IMG/VR virus record: IMGVR_UViG_3300028888_001628
Span: 32,001 to 96,000 of that record
DNA length: 64,000 nucleotides
Direction: 5' to 3' (one strand)
DNA from: a virus
Lineage: Duplodnaviria > Caudoviricetes
How positions within the stretch are numbered: the stretch's first letter is position 1; each line of letters starts with the position of its first letter. The translations under genes and the position numbers were made by a program. The notes under the pieces were generated by a model. The model worked only from the letters and a program-made list of their open reading frames with translations. It ran no database searches and had not been told where the DNA came from. Below are positions 9,536-18,833 of the stretch, one piece after another.

Positions 9536-10330
9536 ATGGCGTTTTCAGAAAATTTATTATTACCTTCTAGAGGTATCATTTATCGTAGAAGTGACTTTGA
9601 CGGCAATGTAAAAGTAAAACCATTTACCACAAAAGCGTATAAATCATTACTTGCAAGTAACGCATCTGACTCAGGTTTAAAACAGTTTATAGACACTTGT
9701 TTGGAAGATTGCCCAGTTAAAGCTAAAGACATGAATCAAGAGGACCTTCTAGCTATTCTGTTTAAAGCTAGAACAATGACACTTGGTAACACTTTAAAGA
9801 TGCAGGTAAAGTGCCCAGAATGTAAACACATTGAAGATCTAGAATGGGATCTTAACAGCATTGAGATAAATTATTTATTTGCTGAAAATTATCCTATTGT
9901 AGTAACATTACCTAGCGGAAAAGAAATTAGAGTAAGATTCCCAACTGGTGCTGATATCAATAAAGCTAAACAAGAAGCTGATCGTCGAGCTGGTATCTTT
10001 AAAAAGCAAGCATCAGATTTCATCCATATTTATACTACAGTGTCTTTGATAGATGTAGATAACATGGACATTATTGAGAAGGCTGATTGGTATGAAAATC
10101 TTTCACCACATGATGCAATCTATATCGACGAAATTTTCTCAGAAATGAATGATACATTTGGTGTTAAAATGACACGAGAAGTTCATTGTTCTGTTTGTGA
10201 TAAATTATTCACAACATACATAGACATCTCTTCTGATTTTTTTCGCCCCGACAGACACATCTCTCTCGGCATTACAAGCAAGGCAGGAAATTTGGCAGGC
10301 ACTACTGAAGAACCAAGTATTTCTGAGTAA
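9536..10330 (+). CDS. T4 gp26-like baseplate hub / tail assembly protein
   Basis: LPSRG; VKPFTTK; ILFKARTMTLG; CPEC and CSVC; DFF near the end, as at the C-terminus of gp26-like proteins. Confidence 0.75.
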   Translation: MAFSENLLLPSRGIIYRRSDFDGNVKVKPFTTKAYKSLLASNASDSGLKQFIDTCLEDCPVKAKDMNQEDLLAILFKARTMTLGNTLKMQVKCPECKHIEDLEWDLNSIEINYLFAENYPIVVTLPSGKEIRVRFPTGADINKAKQEADRRAGIFKKQASDFIHIYTTVSLIDVDNMDIIEKADWYENLSPHDAIYIDEIFSEMNDTFGVKMTREVHCSVCDKLFTTYIDISSDFFRPDRHISLGITSKAGNLAGTTEEPSISE

Positions 10331-10451
10331 GCATATAGGAATTTCTTTCACTGAAAGTGATAGCATGACTTATATGGAATTTAAAGCTGCATTGCATATT
10401 TCGTCAGAATATCTGAAAGAGATAGGACCTCAAATGTCAGATCTAGGATAA
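10239..10451 (+). CDS. Unannotated gp51-like ORF in the +1 frame, probably reached by frameshifting
   Basis: Reads ...QEIWQALLKNQVFLSKHIGISFTESDSMTYMEFKAALHISSEYLKEIGPQMSDLG*; no ATG/GTG/TTG before the conserved-looking part; terminator follows this stop. Confidence 0.65.
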   Translation, partial: FFAPTDTSLSALQARQEIWQALLKNQVFLSKHIGISFTESDSMTYMEFKAALHISSEYLKEIGPQMSDLG

Positions 10452-10454
10452 TCA

Positions 10455-10497
10455 AAAACCCTCTATATTTAAATATAGAGGGTTTTATTTGTATAAT
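10455..10497 (+). terminator. Perfect 32-bp palindrome/terminator followed by TTGTATAAT
   Basis: aaaaccctctatatttaaatatagagggtttt; motif at 10489-10497. Confidence 0.7.
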
Positions 10498-10544
10498 TAT
10501 AAACAGTAAAGAATTATTCACTATACACAAACTGAGGGTGTGAA

Positions 10545-11171
10545 ATGTCAAAAATTTCTACAAAAGATGTGATAAATTATTCTGCACTTATCACAGAACA
10601 AGATGGTTATGTAAAAAGATCTGAAAATTCATCTGTAGTATGTACAGCTGATAAGGTATTAGATGCAATAGAATTGAATAATGTAAATGAAGATGATATT
10701 TCAGATGTGAAAGACCGCGTTAATAATTGGTTGAAATATATAAATGATACTGATCATCAAACAGGTGAGTACTTTGATAATGTAAGATCAGAGATTTGTA
10801 AGCCAACTGTAGATGAAACTAAAATCGGTCTTATTGCAAGCTCGTTTGCATCTTTTGATAGATACAGATTATATAAGATAAAGAATGATAGAGATAAGCA
10901 GTCTGATTTTCTTGGTGAAGAAGGTGATAAAATTACTTTCACTATATCTGAATATAAACTTGTAAAATCAGGAAATTCTAAATTTGGAAATCAAGGTAAG
11001 TATTATCTATATAAAATAAAAGATGAGTCTAATAATATTATCATGTGGTTTGCTGATCACGACTGCGAAGATGAATTTTCTAATCACGAAAAAGCAACAG
11101 CTACTATCACTAAACTAAATACATTTAATGAAGTTAAGCAGACAAATGTATCAAAGCTCAGATTCCTATAA
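10545..11171 (+). CDS. Hypothetical protein with OB-fold-like C-terminal domain
   Basis: FLGEEGDKITFT...IKDESNNIIMWF...ATITK...VKQTNVS beta-strand pattern. Confidence 0.55.
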   Translation: MSKISTKDVINYSALITEQDGYVKRSENSSVVCTADKVLDAIELNNVNEDDISDVKDRVNNWLKYINDTDHQTGEYFDNVRSEICKPTVDETKIGLIASSFASFDRYRLYKIKNDRDKQSDFLGEEGDKITFTISEYKLVKSGNSKFGNQGKYYLYKIKDESNNIIMWFADHDCEDEFSNHEKATATITKLNTFNEVKQTNVSKLRFL

Positions 11172-11424
11172 TATTATAAACGAAGTTAGATATAAGATTC
11201 TATGTAAATTGTATGCACGTTATAAAGCTGCATTTAAGATAGCATTAGACAATGCTAATTTCAAACCTATCGCAGATGCAAAGATGAATGAGCTTGACTC
11301 TATATTATGCGAAATAGAGAACTATCCAATATCATGGTCTTATTACACTAGGCAAGATATTCAGTTTACAAGTGACTTTGAAAATTTAGTAGTCTTTAAT
11401 GACACTACAATATCAAATTATTAG
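11128..11424 (+). CDS. Hypothetical protein (start uncertain)
   Basis: 98 aa ORF overlapping the upstream stop. Confidence 0.5.
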   Translation: MKLSRQMYQSSDSYNIINEVRYKILCKLYARYKAAFKIALDNANFKPIADAKMNELDSILCEIENYPISWSYYTRQDIQFTSDFENLVVFNDTTISNY

Positions 11425-11547
11425 CTGATCGGTAACATTTATAATGTTGTGAAATATAATAATGTGTTACTTGCTATTCTACTGATTTAAGTTGAATATT
11501 AAGCTCGCATCTAAATTGCTGATGTGATAGTTCATACTAAAGCTCCT

Positions 11548-11590
11548 ACCTCTATCTATATCTAAATTTTTATTTATAGATAGAGGTTTT
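11548..11590 (+). promoter_or_regulatory. Hairpin containing TATATCTAA
   Basis: acctctatctata / tatagatagaggt; motif at 11557-11565. Confidence 0.55.
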
Positions 11591-11609
11591 ATCTTAAGAA
11601 GGTAAAAGT

Positions 11610-12305
11610 ATGTTAATAATATCTGAAGATAAATTAAAAGAACTCGCAAGTACGAAATATAAAGTATATTCTAAAGAACCTTTATCAGAAGGTGTGGAGT
11701 GTTTAGCTAATCGTGATACTATTAATGATAATGAGAAGTTCTATATCACAAGTGTAGCAGCTAGTAATATAAAACATGATAATGATAAATTCTATTACAC
11801 TACAGAGGATCTCAGCGCTGTAGCCGATTGGTTTCCAGCACAGATAATCCAGATTGGAACTACTTTTAAAAAATGCCGCAATAAATCTGCAATGAAGTGT
11901 ACTTCTATTGTAGATGACAAAGTTGGAAAGTCTATTAAGAGCAATAAGTGCATAGTTGATGTATCAGGGCTTCCAGCATTTAACGGTGTTAATGAAGATC
12001 TTACTGTAAATGAATATAGATTTTATTTAACTTTATTTAATGATTATTCAGTTAAACAGTGCCAGTATGAGCGCCATAACTTACAAGATGCTATATTTAA
12101 ATCATCAAAGTATGATTTAGTTGCTAAACTCCAAAATTCAGATTTTCTTAAGTCTAAAGATTTCAAGATGATTAACAATTTGAGACAAAAAGATGAGTCT
12201 GTTAAAGTAGGCCTTATTATAAAAGAAGGTGACATGAGATATGGTACCGATTATGGAAGTGTTTATATAAACATGGACAATAAGATTTCTATTATATGGC
12301 ACTAG
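11610..12305 (+). CDS. Hypothetical protein
   Basis: 231 aa ORF with AAGG RBS. Confidence 0.7.
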   Translation: MLIISEDKLKELASTKYKVYSKEPLSEGVECLANRDTINDNEKFYITSVAASNIKHDNDKFYYTTEDLSAVADWFPAQIIQIGTTFKKCRNKSAMKCTSIVDDKVGKSIKSNKCIVDVSGLPAFNGVNEDLTVNEYRFYLTLFNDYSVKQCQYERHNLQDAIFKSSKYDLVAKLQNSDFLKSKDFKMINNLRQKDESVKVGLIIKEGDMRYGTDYGSVYINMDNKISIIWH

Positions 12306-12326
12306 ATTAATAACATTTTCTATTTA

Positions 12327-12363
12327 TTGTATATAAACCTATATAGAATATTCTATATAGGTT
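12327..12363 (+). promoter_or_regulatory. TTGTATATA followed by a perfect 28-bp palindrome
   Basis: aacctatatagaatattctatataggtt at 12336-12363. Confidence 0.6.
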
Positions 12364-12385
12364 ATTTATTTATGAGGTATTTAGT

Positions 12386-12727
12386 ATGGCTAAACAAAAG
12401 CAAATTAATGTGTCTGAGTTAATTGATGATTATGATGATAAGTTTATAGAGTCTATCTCATTAAAGAACGTAACGAATTACAAAGAATTCAAAGAACTTC
12501 TTTTGAAATTAGAGAAGGCAAATTACGTTGTTACAAACTTCTACGAAACAATGTATAATGATTATGTGATGATGATAAATAGTGATTGTGAAATATCACC
12601 TACAGGTTTAGAAATTAGTACACTTAAAAAGTATAAATCTCTAGCGTCAAAAATACAAAAAGCTTATAGTTATATTCTGTATATGAGTACTTTTGAAAAT
12701 CCATTTAAATCTGCGCCGAGGAAATAA
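12386..12727 (+). CDS. Hypothetical protein
   Basis: 113 aa ORF with GAGG RBS. Confidence 0.7.
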   Translation: MAKQKQINVSELIDDYDDKFIESISLKNVTNYKEFKELLLKLEKANYVVTNFYETMYNDYVMMINSDCEISPTGLEISTLKKYKSLASKIQKAYSYILYMSTFENPFKSAPRK

Positions 12728-12728
12728 T

Positions 12729-13034
12729 ATGAAAGAAGTTCTAATTAAAAAGAAAAAGACATTGGAAAGTGCTATTGATAGATTTAACGAATATAAAAAA
12801 TTCGTAGATCACTATAATTCTACAAAGTCACTTGATATGTATGTTGAATTTATCGGTAGAGCATCTAACACTTTCAGTGAAGGACTATCAGAGCATTATG
12901 ACAATTTAATTCGACTCTATCAAAATGGAAATGAAAAACCGCTTCTTTCTAATTTATATGATAGGCTTCTTGCTGCAGATGAATATAAGAATAAGATTGC
13001 TGATGAACTTACAAACTTACTTAAAGAACTATGA
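12729..13034 (+). CDS. Hypothetical protein
   Basis: ATG at 12729 preceded by GAGGA; stop overlaps the next ATG (ATGA coupling). Confidence 0.7.
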   Translation: MKEVLIKKKKTLESAIDRFNEYKKFVDHYNSTKSLDMYVEFIGRASNTFSEGLSEHYDNLIRLYQNGNEKPLLSNLYDRLLAADEYKNKIADELTNLLKEL

Positions 13035-14293
13035 AAGTAAAACTAAACAATGTAGGTATTATAAGTAACTGTGAAGTAGAGTTTGTCCCTGGTGTAAACC
13101 TAGTTATAGGAAACTCAGGGTCAGGTAAATCCACTCTAATGAGATGTATTTATAACGTAGCTGCAAATGATTTCGCAGATAGCGATATATCATTCGGTAA
13201 AAATACAATGTCAGTTAGAGTGGATCACGATGATAATACCATTGAATATACAAGAAGCATAAAATCAAAAGATGACAAATGTTCTTATGTGGTTAATGGT
13301 GAGAAATATGTGAAATTAGGAAGACAACCTCTACCTGCAGTTAAGAATCTTTTAAAAATAGGTAATGTAAATGTAAATGGTGAAGATGTGAATTTTAATT
13401 TTAATTTACAGTTCTCTTCGCCATTTTTAATTCTAGGTAGTCAGTCAACGTTATACAATGTACTTACGTACAGAAGTAATTTTGACATATCGTCTATAAA
13501 TGATTATTATGCGACTGATATAAGAAAGAATGCAACAGAAACTGCTACAGATGTAAAACTTAAAGAGCAACTTAAAAATAATTTAGAGTCTCTTAAAAAG
13601 CAAGCTGATTTACTATCACCGATCGAAAACTTATACAGCAATCTTGTTGACTATAAACACAAGAATAATACTTTAAAAGAATTAGAACTATTATATGACT
13701 CAATGATTTCACTTGATAAATGTAATAGTAAATCTAAAGATTGCAGTACTCAATTAAACATTATAAGTAATTGTATTTCAAAGATAGAATCAGTTATAGA
13801 ACTTACTTCATATAATAACACAAACAAATCTATAAAAGATTGTAATAACAAAATAGACTTACTTGCTAATTTAGTTAGTGATACAGATTGTGCAATGAAT
13901 AAGATTCACATACTTTCTGACATTAATAAATGCAGCAAATTATTGTTAGTATTAGATAGTACTTGCGATAATATTAAGACAATTAATAAGTGTTTAAATA
14001 CAGATACTAATATAACTAACGATCTTGTAAATGACATAATAAAAGTTTATAAATTGCATCTATCACTGAATAAATATAATGAATCACTATGTACTCTACA
14101 AGATGTAAACAATCTATCTGTAAATTCAGTTGGTGATTTGATTGAGATTCTTCGTCAGCTAAATAATTTAAGCAGCTTAAATGAAAGAATATCATCTGTT
14201 GATTCAAAGATAAAGGTAGTTGATAACCGTATGTCTGAATTTGAAGTTTGTCCATTATGTGGCTGCAATTTAAAAAATTGCATATCACACTAA
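13031..14293 (+). CDS. sbcC: SbcC/Rad50-like ATPase, N-terminal half (Walker A, coiled coil, zinc hook)
   Basis: GVNLVIGNSGSGKST; Q-loop region NLQFSSPFL; long coiled coil ending in CPLCG. Confidence 0.85.
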   Translation: MKVKLNNVGIISNCEVEFVPGVNLVIGNSGSGKSTLMRCIYNVAANDFADSDISFGKNTMSVRVDHDDNTIEYTRSIKSKDDKCSYVVNGEKYVKLGRQPLPAVKNLLKIGNVNVNGEDVNFNFNLQFSSPFLILGSQSTLYNVLTYRSNFDISSINDYYATDIRKNATETATDVKLKEQLKNNLESLKKQADLLSPIENLYSNLVDYKHKNNTLKELELLYDSMISLDKCNSKSKDCSTQLNIISNCISKIESVIELTSYNNTNKSIKDCNNKIDLLANLVSDTDCAMNKIHILSDINKCSKLLLVLDSTCDNIKTINKCLNTDTNITNDLVNDIIKVYKLHLSLNKYNESLCTLQDVNNLSVNSVGDLIEILRQLNNLSSLNERISSVDSKIKVVDNRMSEFEVCPLCGCNLKNCISH

Positions 14294-14358
14294 ATTAGTT
14301 TACATCCCATGTAGTTTATTGTATAAATATTACGTAAACTAACATGGGGTTTTATTTT

Positions 14359-14790
14359 ATGAAGTTCACTAAACAGCAGATGAAATTTTTTGAAAAAGCT
14401 GCAGAGATTGCATCTTATTCTGATTTTACAAAACAGCACTTGGGTTGTGTTGCGGTTATTAAAAATAAGATAGTAGCTGCTGCACATAACAAATTAAAGA
14501 CACACCCTATTCAGAAAAGATACGATGAATTTAGAAAATTTAACTGTGTTAGTGATACTCAGAATATGCACAGTCTTCACGCTGAAATAGCGTGTATAAA
14601 TTCTTTAAAGGACGTTAATATCAATTATAAAGATTTGGAATTGTACATTGTGCGTCTTAGGAAAGACAGAGATTATGGTCTTGCAAGACCATGCGCAGCT
14701 TGCATGAAATTTATTCAAAGCAAGGGGATTAGAAGAATTTTCTATAGTACGAATACAGGTTTTGCTTTTGAAGAACTTTCGAAAGCTTAA
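14359..14790 (+). CDS. Zinc-dependent cytidine/dCMP deaminase-family protein
   Basis: HLGCV; LHAE; ARPCAAC. Start moved to ATG 14359 because 14344 lies within the upstream hairpin. Confidence 0.85.
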   Translation: MKFTKQQMKFFEKAAEIASYSDFTKQHLGCVAVIKNKIVAAAHNKLKTHPIQKRYDEFRKFNCVSDTQNMHSLHAEIACINSLKDVNINYKDLELYIVRLRKDRDYGLARPCAACMKFIQSKGIRRIFYSTNTGFAFEELSKA

Positions 14791-14842
14791 TATCTATATA
14801 TTTGTATTTGTTTTATTTACTTTTATAAAGGAGTTATTTGGT

Positions 14843-15121
14843 ATGACAAAAGGCGATTTCACAAAGAAAGTTAAAGAAGCACTCGAACTTACTTCACTTA
14901 AAGTTGCAGATGAGGTTATTGACAAAATGTCCGCACTTCTAATCGATCTTTTAAAAGAAGGCGAAGAGGTTTCATTTGGTAGCCTTGGAAAACTTTCAGT
15001 GACTGAACGTGCAGCGCGTAAAGGACGTAACCCACAGACTGGTGAAGAGATTGACATTCCAGCGAAGAAGGCTGTTAAACTTAAAGTGTCAAATACAGCA
15101 AAGAAAATGATCAACTCATAA
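14843..15121 (+). CDS. hup: HU-like DNA-binding protein
   Basis: GEEVSFGSLGKL; RAARKGRNPQTGEEIDIPA; AAGGAG RBS before ATG 14843. Confidence 0.95.
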   Translation: MTKGDFTKKVKEALELTSLKVADEVIDKMSALLIDLLKEGEEVSFGSLGKLSVTERAARKGRNPQTGEEIDIPAKKAVKLKVSNTAKKMINS

Positions 15122-15141
15122 TTTCATATCTGATCTAATTA

Positions 15142-15186
15142 TTGTATATAAATACCTAGGATTATGTGACAATCCTAGGTATTTTA
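15142..15186 (+). promoter_or_regulatory. TTGTATATA followed by a 14-bp hairpin
   Basis: aaatacctaggatt / aatcctaggtattt. Confidence 0.6.
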
Positions 15187-15205
15187 GTATAATGGAGAAT
15201 TTAGT

Positions 15206-15454
15206 ATGGACAATCTAGTAAAGAAATTTCAAGAACTTAAATCAAAGCACAGTGAACTTACAGCTGAAAAGTTAAAGTGTGAAGCAAAACGTGATCAGTT
15301 AATGAGTGACATTAAAGCTATCCAGGATAAGTATCCTAATTATGATTTATCGTCTACTTCTTCTGTAGAAAAAATTATCAATGAACTTACAAGTCAGTTG
15401 TCTTTAGAACTTAAACAGATTAACGATAAGTACGATAAAATTAAGGCTGTCTAA
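15206..15454 (+). CDS. Small coiled-coil protein coupled to sbcD
   Basis: 82 aa heptad pattern; GGAG RBS; TAATG overlap with the next gene. Confidence 0.75.
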   Translation: MDNLVKKFQELKSKHSELTAEKLKCEAKRDQLMSDIKAIQDKYPNYDLSSTSSVEKIINELTSQLSLELKQINDKYDKIKAV

Positions 15455-16350
15455 TGTGTAATAATATTCTATTCATCGGTGATCTACATTTAAAGTGTAC
15501 TTCACCGATTTCTCGTTGTGATGATTACCCATCTGCTATTCTAAAGAAATTAGAGTACTTATCTAACTGCGTTAGTATTGAGAAATGTAATACTTTTGTT
15601 TTATTAGGCGATGTATTTGATTCACCTGTAACTTCATTACCTTATCTTGCACAAGTAATAAATACTTTTAAAAAGATACAAGACAGGGGTATTACCGTTT
15701 ACACTATCGTAGGTAATCATGATATTAAAAATAACAGAATGGATAGTCTTGAATCAACTGCACTTGGGATTTTAATATCTACAGGGTATTTAAAACTTGC
15801 GCCTTCGTCTCTAGAGATAGAAAACACTGTATTTAAGTTTTACAATTACCCAGAAGATATAGAATCTAAAAAATCTGATAAATATGAAGTATGCGTAGCA
15901 CATAGGTATTATGACTTCGGTTTAGCGTGTGATTCTTTACACGAAGATGATTTAGAAAAACTAAATTATGATGCGATGATATTAGGTCATTATCATGTAC
16001 CTTGTGATACTGTAACTATTCATAATACTGTGTTATATAGACCTGGTTCATTGTCAAGATCTACTTCAGAGCCATATAATAAATTAAGAACACCACGTGC
16101 ACTTGTATTTAACTGTGTAAATCATAAAGCTAATTATATAGAGGTACAGTGCAGTCCTGGATCAGATATATTTGTAAATAAAATTGAATCTAATAATCAA
16201 CCGTCTTTAACGATGAAAGATCTTATTAGTTTTATTACTACATCTTATTCTTCATCTGATATTGACGTTAGAGAATATTTTAATCAAATGAAGATTCCAC
16301 TTGACTGCAAACTAATAATAGCAAAATATCTTGACAATATTGGAGCTTAG
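15454..16350 (+). CDS. sbcD: SbcD/Mre11-like metallophosphoesterase nuclease
   Basis: GDLH; GDVFD; GNHD; GHYH; PGSL. Confidence 0.9.
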   Translation: MCNNILFIGDLHLKCTSPISRCDDYPSAILKKLEYLSNCVSIEKCNTFVLLGDVFDSPVTSLPYLAQVINTFKKIQDRGITVYTIVGNHDIKNNRMDSLESTALGILISTGYLKLAPSSLEIENTVFKFYNYPEDIESKKSDKYEVCVAHRYYDFGLACDSLHEDDLEKLNYDAMILGHYHVPCDTVTIHNTVLYRPGSLSRSTSEPYNKLRTPRALVFNCVNHKANYIEVQCSPGSDIFVNKIESNNQPSLTMKDLISFITTSYSSSDIDVREYFNQMKIPLDCKLIIAKYLDNIGA

Positions 16351-16352
16351 TT

Positions 16353-17459
16353 ATGGATAAGATAACTTTTCTTAAATTTAATGGGAATGACTTTACTAAC
16401 TTTATCTCATTTGTAAAGTCGATGAACTCTAGAGATAAGTCAAAGTATTCTAGAGTCGCATTTTTAAGTGTAGAAAATGATCAGTTAGTATGTAGAGCTA
16501 TAGATGATGTTTCAAACACAGTTGAATATTATGTTGAACTGTATAAAGAAGATTCAAATATAGACGAGCCTATAGCTGCTTCTATATCAGATTTATCAGC
16601 TCTAATTAAAAGTGCTGATAGTGATAAGTTCACAATTAGAAAGTCTTATGGGCAGTATGAATTTAAGGTTGTAGGTGGCGGATGGATGCCATTTAAAACT
16701 TCTGACGCAGATCTAAGTAAGTTTAATCTACATGGTGACATTACTCACTTAGGTGATATCAATTCAACGAAATTAAAAAATGCTATTTCATCTGTCTTAG
16801 GATACACACAAGAATATACTTATGCACGAGATAAATATATTCAATTCAGTAAAGATCAGATGGTTGTAACTTCAAGACTATCTAGTGTCATTACAAATGA
16901 CGAATTTATCGAAATGACATTACATAGAGATGACGCTACAATGTTGAGATCACTATTAAAAGATAACTTTAATTTGTCAGTTGATAGAATCTCTGGTGCG
17001 GTTAGCAGAATGCTATTTAGCGGGCCAAAATTTAAGCTATCTACAATAGAAGCCGGAATTGAATTAGGTAATATAAAATACAATAAAGACATTAAAGACT
17101 ACGTCACAGTTAATTGTGACGAATTATACAAGCTAACTACTTTTGCAGAAGAATATTCAGCGTCTAAACACATTGTTGGAATGTCAATTAAGAATAAAGA
17201 ACTAAATGTGAGTGTTAAGAATGTTCTCGCTGCAAAACATGTATCAACTGTAAAATCAACCTTTAATGGCGATGTTGTAGACACTTCTAAAGAGGCTGAA
17301 GTTTCATCACATAATTTATTAAAGGCATTAAAACTATTTCAGGATAAGCATTCTAGAGAGGTTAATATCTATATTACAGATAAGCTTGTAACTGAGCAGA
17401 ACAGTATTATTTTGTTTGACAATAGCACTCAAGCTATAATTAATATTTATAATAGATAG
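16353..17459 (+). CDS. Probable divergent beta-type sliding clamp
   Basis: 368 aa (DnaN size); repeating alpha/beta pattern; clamp loader present in the window; no diagnostic motif. Confidence 0.5.
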   Translation: MDKITFLKFNGNDFTNFISFVKSMNSRDKSKYSRVAFLSVENDQLVCRAIDDVSNTVEYYVELYKEDSNIDEPIAASISDLSALIKSADSDKFTIRKSYGQYEFKVVGGGWMPFKTSDADLSKFNLHGDITHLGDINSTKLKNAISSVLGYTQEYTYARDKYIQFSKDQMVVTSRLSSVITNDEFIEMTLHRDDATMLRSLLKDNFNLSVDRISGAVSRMLFSGPKFKLSTIEAGIELGNIKYNKDIKDYVTVNCDELYKLTTFAEEYSASKHIVGMSIKNKELNVSVKNVLAAKHVSTVKSTFNGDVVDTSKEAEVSSHNLLKALKLFQDKHSREVNIYITDKLVTEQNSIILFDNSTQAIINIYNR

Positions 17460-17462
17460 ACT

Positions 17463-17624
17463 ATGGGTAAATCTTTTAAGAAAAATAATTTCTCAGAAAA
17501 TAATAGTAGAAATAAATCAAATGACTATAAACGCCGTAAGAATCAAATTAGGGAAGAACACGTTCATGAAGAATTCTCTGATTACAAAATTCATGGTTTT
17601 AAGAAGGATAAAATTCCTAGATAA
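17463..17624 (+). CDS. Small basic hypothetical protein (53 aa, not in the ORF track)
   Basis: MGKSFKKNNF...KDKIPR* fills the gap between the clamp gene and the terminator. Confidence 0.6.
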   Translation: MGKSFKKNNFSENNSRNKSNDYKRRKNQIREEHVHEEFSDYKIHGFKKDKIPR

Positions 17625-17633
17625 TTAATATAT

Positions 17634-17674
17634 AATAAGCCTAGCTATATCTAACAAATGTAGCTAGGCTTATT
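17634..17674 (+). terminator. Hairpin containing TATATCTAA
   Basis: aataagcctagctatat / atgtagctaggcttatt; motif at 17646-17654. Confidence 0.65.
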
Positions 17675-17692
17675 TATTATATAGGATAAAAA

Positions 17693-18691
17693 ATGAATAC
17701 AAGATTGTTAGAATATAGAATTTATAGATTAGAAAGACTTATCAATGAAGCCAAACAAGTTGGAACTCTGTATCATAACTGTTCAGCTGAGATAGCAGCT
17801 AAATATATTGTAAAAGATAATATACTTCAATCATCTGGAGCATATGTAAATAAGATCACAGGTACTACAGATATTGTATCATTTACAAGATTTAAACATA
17901 AAAAACTTCCTCATAATATCCTGTCATTGATAAACACTCCATTTATAGTTCGTTTTAGAGTAAATGGTGATAAACTATCTGAGAACTATAAAGTTTTTCC
18001 ATATAATGACTTTCCTGACGCTACAGGTAAGCTTGCTATGCTTAGTGATCAGCAAGAAGAGTGCGTCAAAGGACCTATTAAAAACTTTTCTAAATACGTA
18101 GAAAGCGTTGAATTTATCTTTAGTAGTGATATAAATATTGATTACTCTAATGATTCATACGCATCAGACAAAGGAAGAATAAATACATTTAATCAGATCG
18201 TTGATTGGTGTAATAAAAATAATATTGAATATGTTGTCGATAAAAAATATGCAGACTTTATAGATAAAGCAAAGAATGGTAAAGGTGATCCATACGAAGT
18301 TAGCCCTCATGTAAATGAAAGAAACACTCTTCGAACTTTAATTAGTAATATAGGTCTAAAAAGAATGGGCTTGCCAAATACATATAAGATAAACGGTGAT
18401 ATTTTTGGTTATGACAATGACAAGATTTACTTTGTCATGGAATACATAAATTCTGTAAAAGACCCAGCTGGGTATGTATCATTTGATGCGTACATTACTA
18501 ATTATAACACTCCAATACAATGTGAAGACACACCTGATGTAAGTGAGATTTGCAATAAAGCCAAGATAAATGCTAGTAAGTTTAGTGAAATGGACGACAA
18601 AGCTTTTATAAAATTTATTAAGAAATTACCAATAGCGTGTGGTATATCAAGAAAAGTTAAAAACGTAATGAATAAACTAGGATACGTTTAG
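17693..18691 (+). CDS. Leader-tagged ADP-ribosyltransferase-like protein, paralogue of 1377-2378
   Basis: LLEYRIYRLERLINE then AKQVGTLYH; VSFTR; GDKLSENYKVFPYNDF; QQEECVKGPIKN. Confidence 0.65.
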   Translation: MNTRLLEYRIYRLERLINEAKQVGTLYHNCSAEIAAKYIVKDNILQSSGAYVNKITGTTDIVSFTRFKHKKLPHNILSLINTPFIVRFRVNGDKLSENYKVFPYNDFPDATGKLAMLSDQQEECVKGPIKNFSKYVESVEFIFSSDINIDYSNDSYASDKGRINTFNQIVDWCNKNNIEYVVDKKYADFIDKAKNGKGDPYEVSPHVNERNTLRTLISNIGLKRMGLPNTYKINGDIFGYDNDKIYFVMEYINSVKDPAGYVSFDAYITNYNTPIQCEDTPDVSEICNKAKINASKFSEMDDKAFIKFIKKLPIACGISRKVKNVMNKLGYV

Positions 18692-18723
18692 TTATAGACG
18701 TATAATTCTATATCAAATAATTA

Positions 18724-18788
18724 TTGAATGAAGCTTGTATGGATTAAGCAATAAATATATGTAGCAGGTTCGAATCCTGTCATTCAAT
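18724..18788 (+). ncRNA. tRNA-like RNA (or pseudo-tRNA) with truncated anticodon arm
   Basis: Acceptor stem ttgaatg/cattcaa; D arm gctt-gtatggatt-aagc; T arm gcagg-ttcgaat-cctgt; only 14 nt between D and T arms; CCA not encoded. Confidence 0.7.
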
Positions 18789-18833
18789 GACAACTAATGA
18801 GTTGTTTCATACTGTTCTAGGTCGGTATGACAG

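Noticed and set aside
10237-10310. Classical -1 frameshift at T TTT TTT
   Set aside because: The -1 frame reaches TGA within about 25 codons; the protein-like continuation is in the +1/-2 frame
14322-14329. T4 late promoter TATAAATA
   Set aside because: Not found consistently ahead of the structural genes and expected by chance at this AT content
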